Source: Prorocentrum cordatum
Lineage: Eukaryota
NCBI GenBank assembly: GCA_963575745.1
Contig: CAUYUJ010000114.1
Coordinates: forward strand, 1,240,001 to 1,304,000
Length of the DNA: 64,000 nucleotides
Direction of reading: 5' to 3'
The translations under genes were made by a program, and so were the position numbers. Below the pieces are notes generated by a model. It was not told where the DNA came from and ran no database searches. It saw only the letters and a program-made list of their open reading frames with translations. Of this stretch, positions 62,917 to 64,000 are shown piece after piece. Within the stretch, counting starts at the first letter, position 1. Each line of letters starts with the position of its first letter.

Positions 62917-63480
62917 TGGAGGAGGAGGAGGCGGGGGAAGAGGAGGAGGAGGAGGAGGAGGAGGAGGAGAGGAGGAGGAGGAGGAGGAGGAGGAGGAGGG
63001 GGAGGAGGAGGGGGAGGAGGAGGAGGAGGGAGGGGAGGAGGAGGAGGAGGGAGGAGGAGGGAGGAGGGAGGAGGGAGGAGGGAGGAGGGAGGAGGGAGGA
63101 GGAGGAGGGAGGAGGGAGGAGGAGGAGGAGGAGGAGGAGGAGGGAGGAGGAGGAGGAGGAGGGGGAGGAGGAGGAGGAGGAGGAGGAGGAGGAGGAGGAG
63201 GCGAGGAGGAGGAGGAGGCGGAGGAGGAGCCCCCAGCTCCTGGACAACTCTGGAGCCTCGAGAGCCGCCCTGGGGCCTTGCCCCACGCGGCCTTGGGGTG
63301 GCCAACGGGGCCGCCCTGCCGGCTCTGGAGCACGCCTCCTCCGCCTCGGCCCGCAGGCCGCGGCTTCGAGGGAGAGTCCGTTATGACCAGCCTCGAGCAC
63401 ATCCCTACCACTCCTCCTCCTCCTCCTCCTCCTCCTCCTCCTCCTCTCCTCCCTCCTCCTCCTCCTCCTCCTCCTCCTCC
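62917..63480. repeat. (GGA)n and (CCT)n microsatellites
   Basis: Directly visible. Confidence 0.95.
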
Positions 63481-64000
63481 CCCTATCCCTAGAGCGATTA
63501 GCCAAACAGCGACGACAACCTCAGGGATGCGTCCTCAACGAAGGGCTTCGAGGGAAAGTCCGTTAACCAGCCTCGAGCACATCCCTACAGGGCAGTTTTC
63601 AATACATAGGATTTTTAAACATATAAGACTTTGAGTACATGATTAATTTATGGTTCAATTTATGCATGAACTCCTCGTTGTTTGGAATGCTAAATCCCTG
63701 CGTTTTTAATACATGATCCGCACGCGGAGCATGTATAAAAAAACGGCACTGTGTCCCTAGAGCGATTCGCCAAACAACGACGACAACCTCAGGGATGCGT
63801 CCTCAGAGCCAGAGGCAATCCTCGAGATCTCGCCCGCAATCCTGGGAGGTTGCTGCGTCAAACCTCCTGCGGCGACCCAATAGGAAGACCGCCGCCGCCA
63901 AGGAGATGTGGTTGGCCCAGCCCTCTTCTCGACCCTCGCGGGGGTCCTCTGGCCTTTGGCGAGGGGTGGCCCCGGTGGGCCCCCAGAGCATTTCTGGAGA

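Overview
Eukaryotic, GC-rich genomic DNA dominated by repeats. It is most consistent with a core dinoflagellate, probably Prorocentrum-like; this is inferred from GC and GA splice donors with AG|G acceptors, very high GC3 in exons, and the repeat landscape. Most ORFs in the track are artefacts of microsatellites and GC-rich repeats. Supportable genes are a multi-exon JMJD6-type JmjC oxygenase (+, 14608 to at least 17250, probably to 17762), an apparently intronless SDR oxidoreductase (-, 44621-45583) and a tentative three-exon gene of unknown function (-, 59830-61911). The rest consists of decayed non-LTR retroelement fragments, many small TIR elements, a ~1.1 kb higher-order tandem array and micro/minisatellites. 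Main finding: three interruptions of the otherwise intact JMJD6 frame look like TIR/TSD mini-transposons, and their precise removal cannot use an AG acceptor. They are candidate non-canonical Introner-type introns, and similar free MITEs with 5-bp TSDs occur elsewhere in the window. Also notable: a pervasive CCAAGA repeat phased at about 10.5 bp with a GNA-triloop hairpin at one end (possibly a rolling-circle element), and an 8-bp-TSD TIR element inserted in microsatellites. All alignments were done by eye; no database searches were run.
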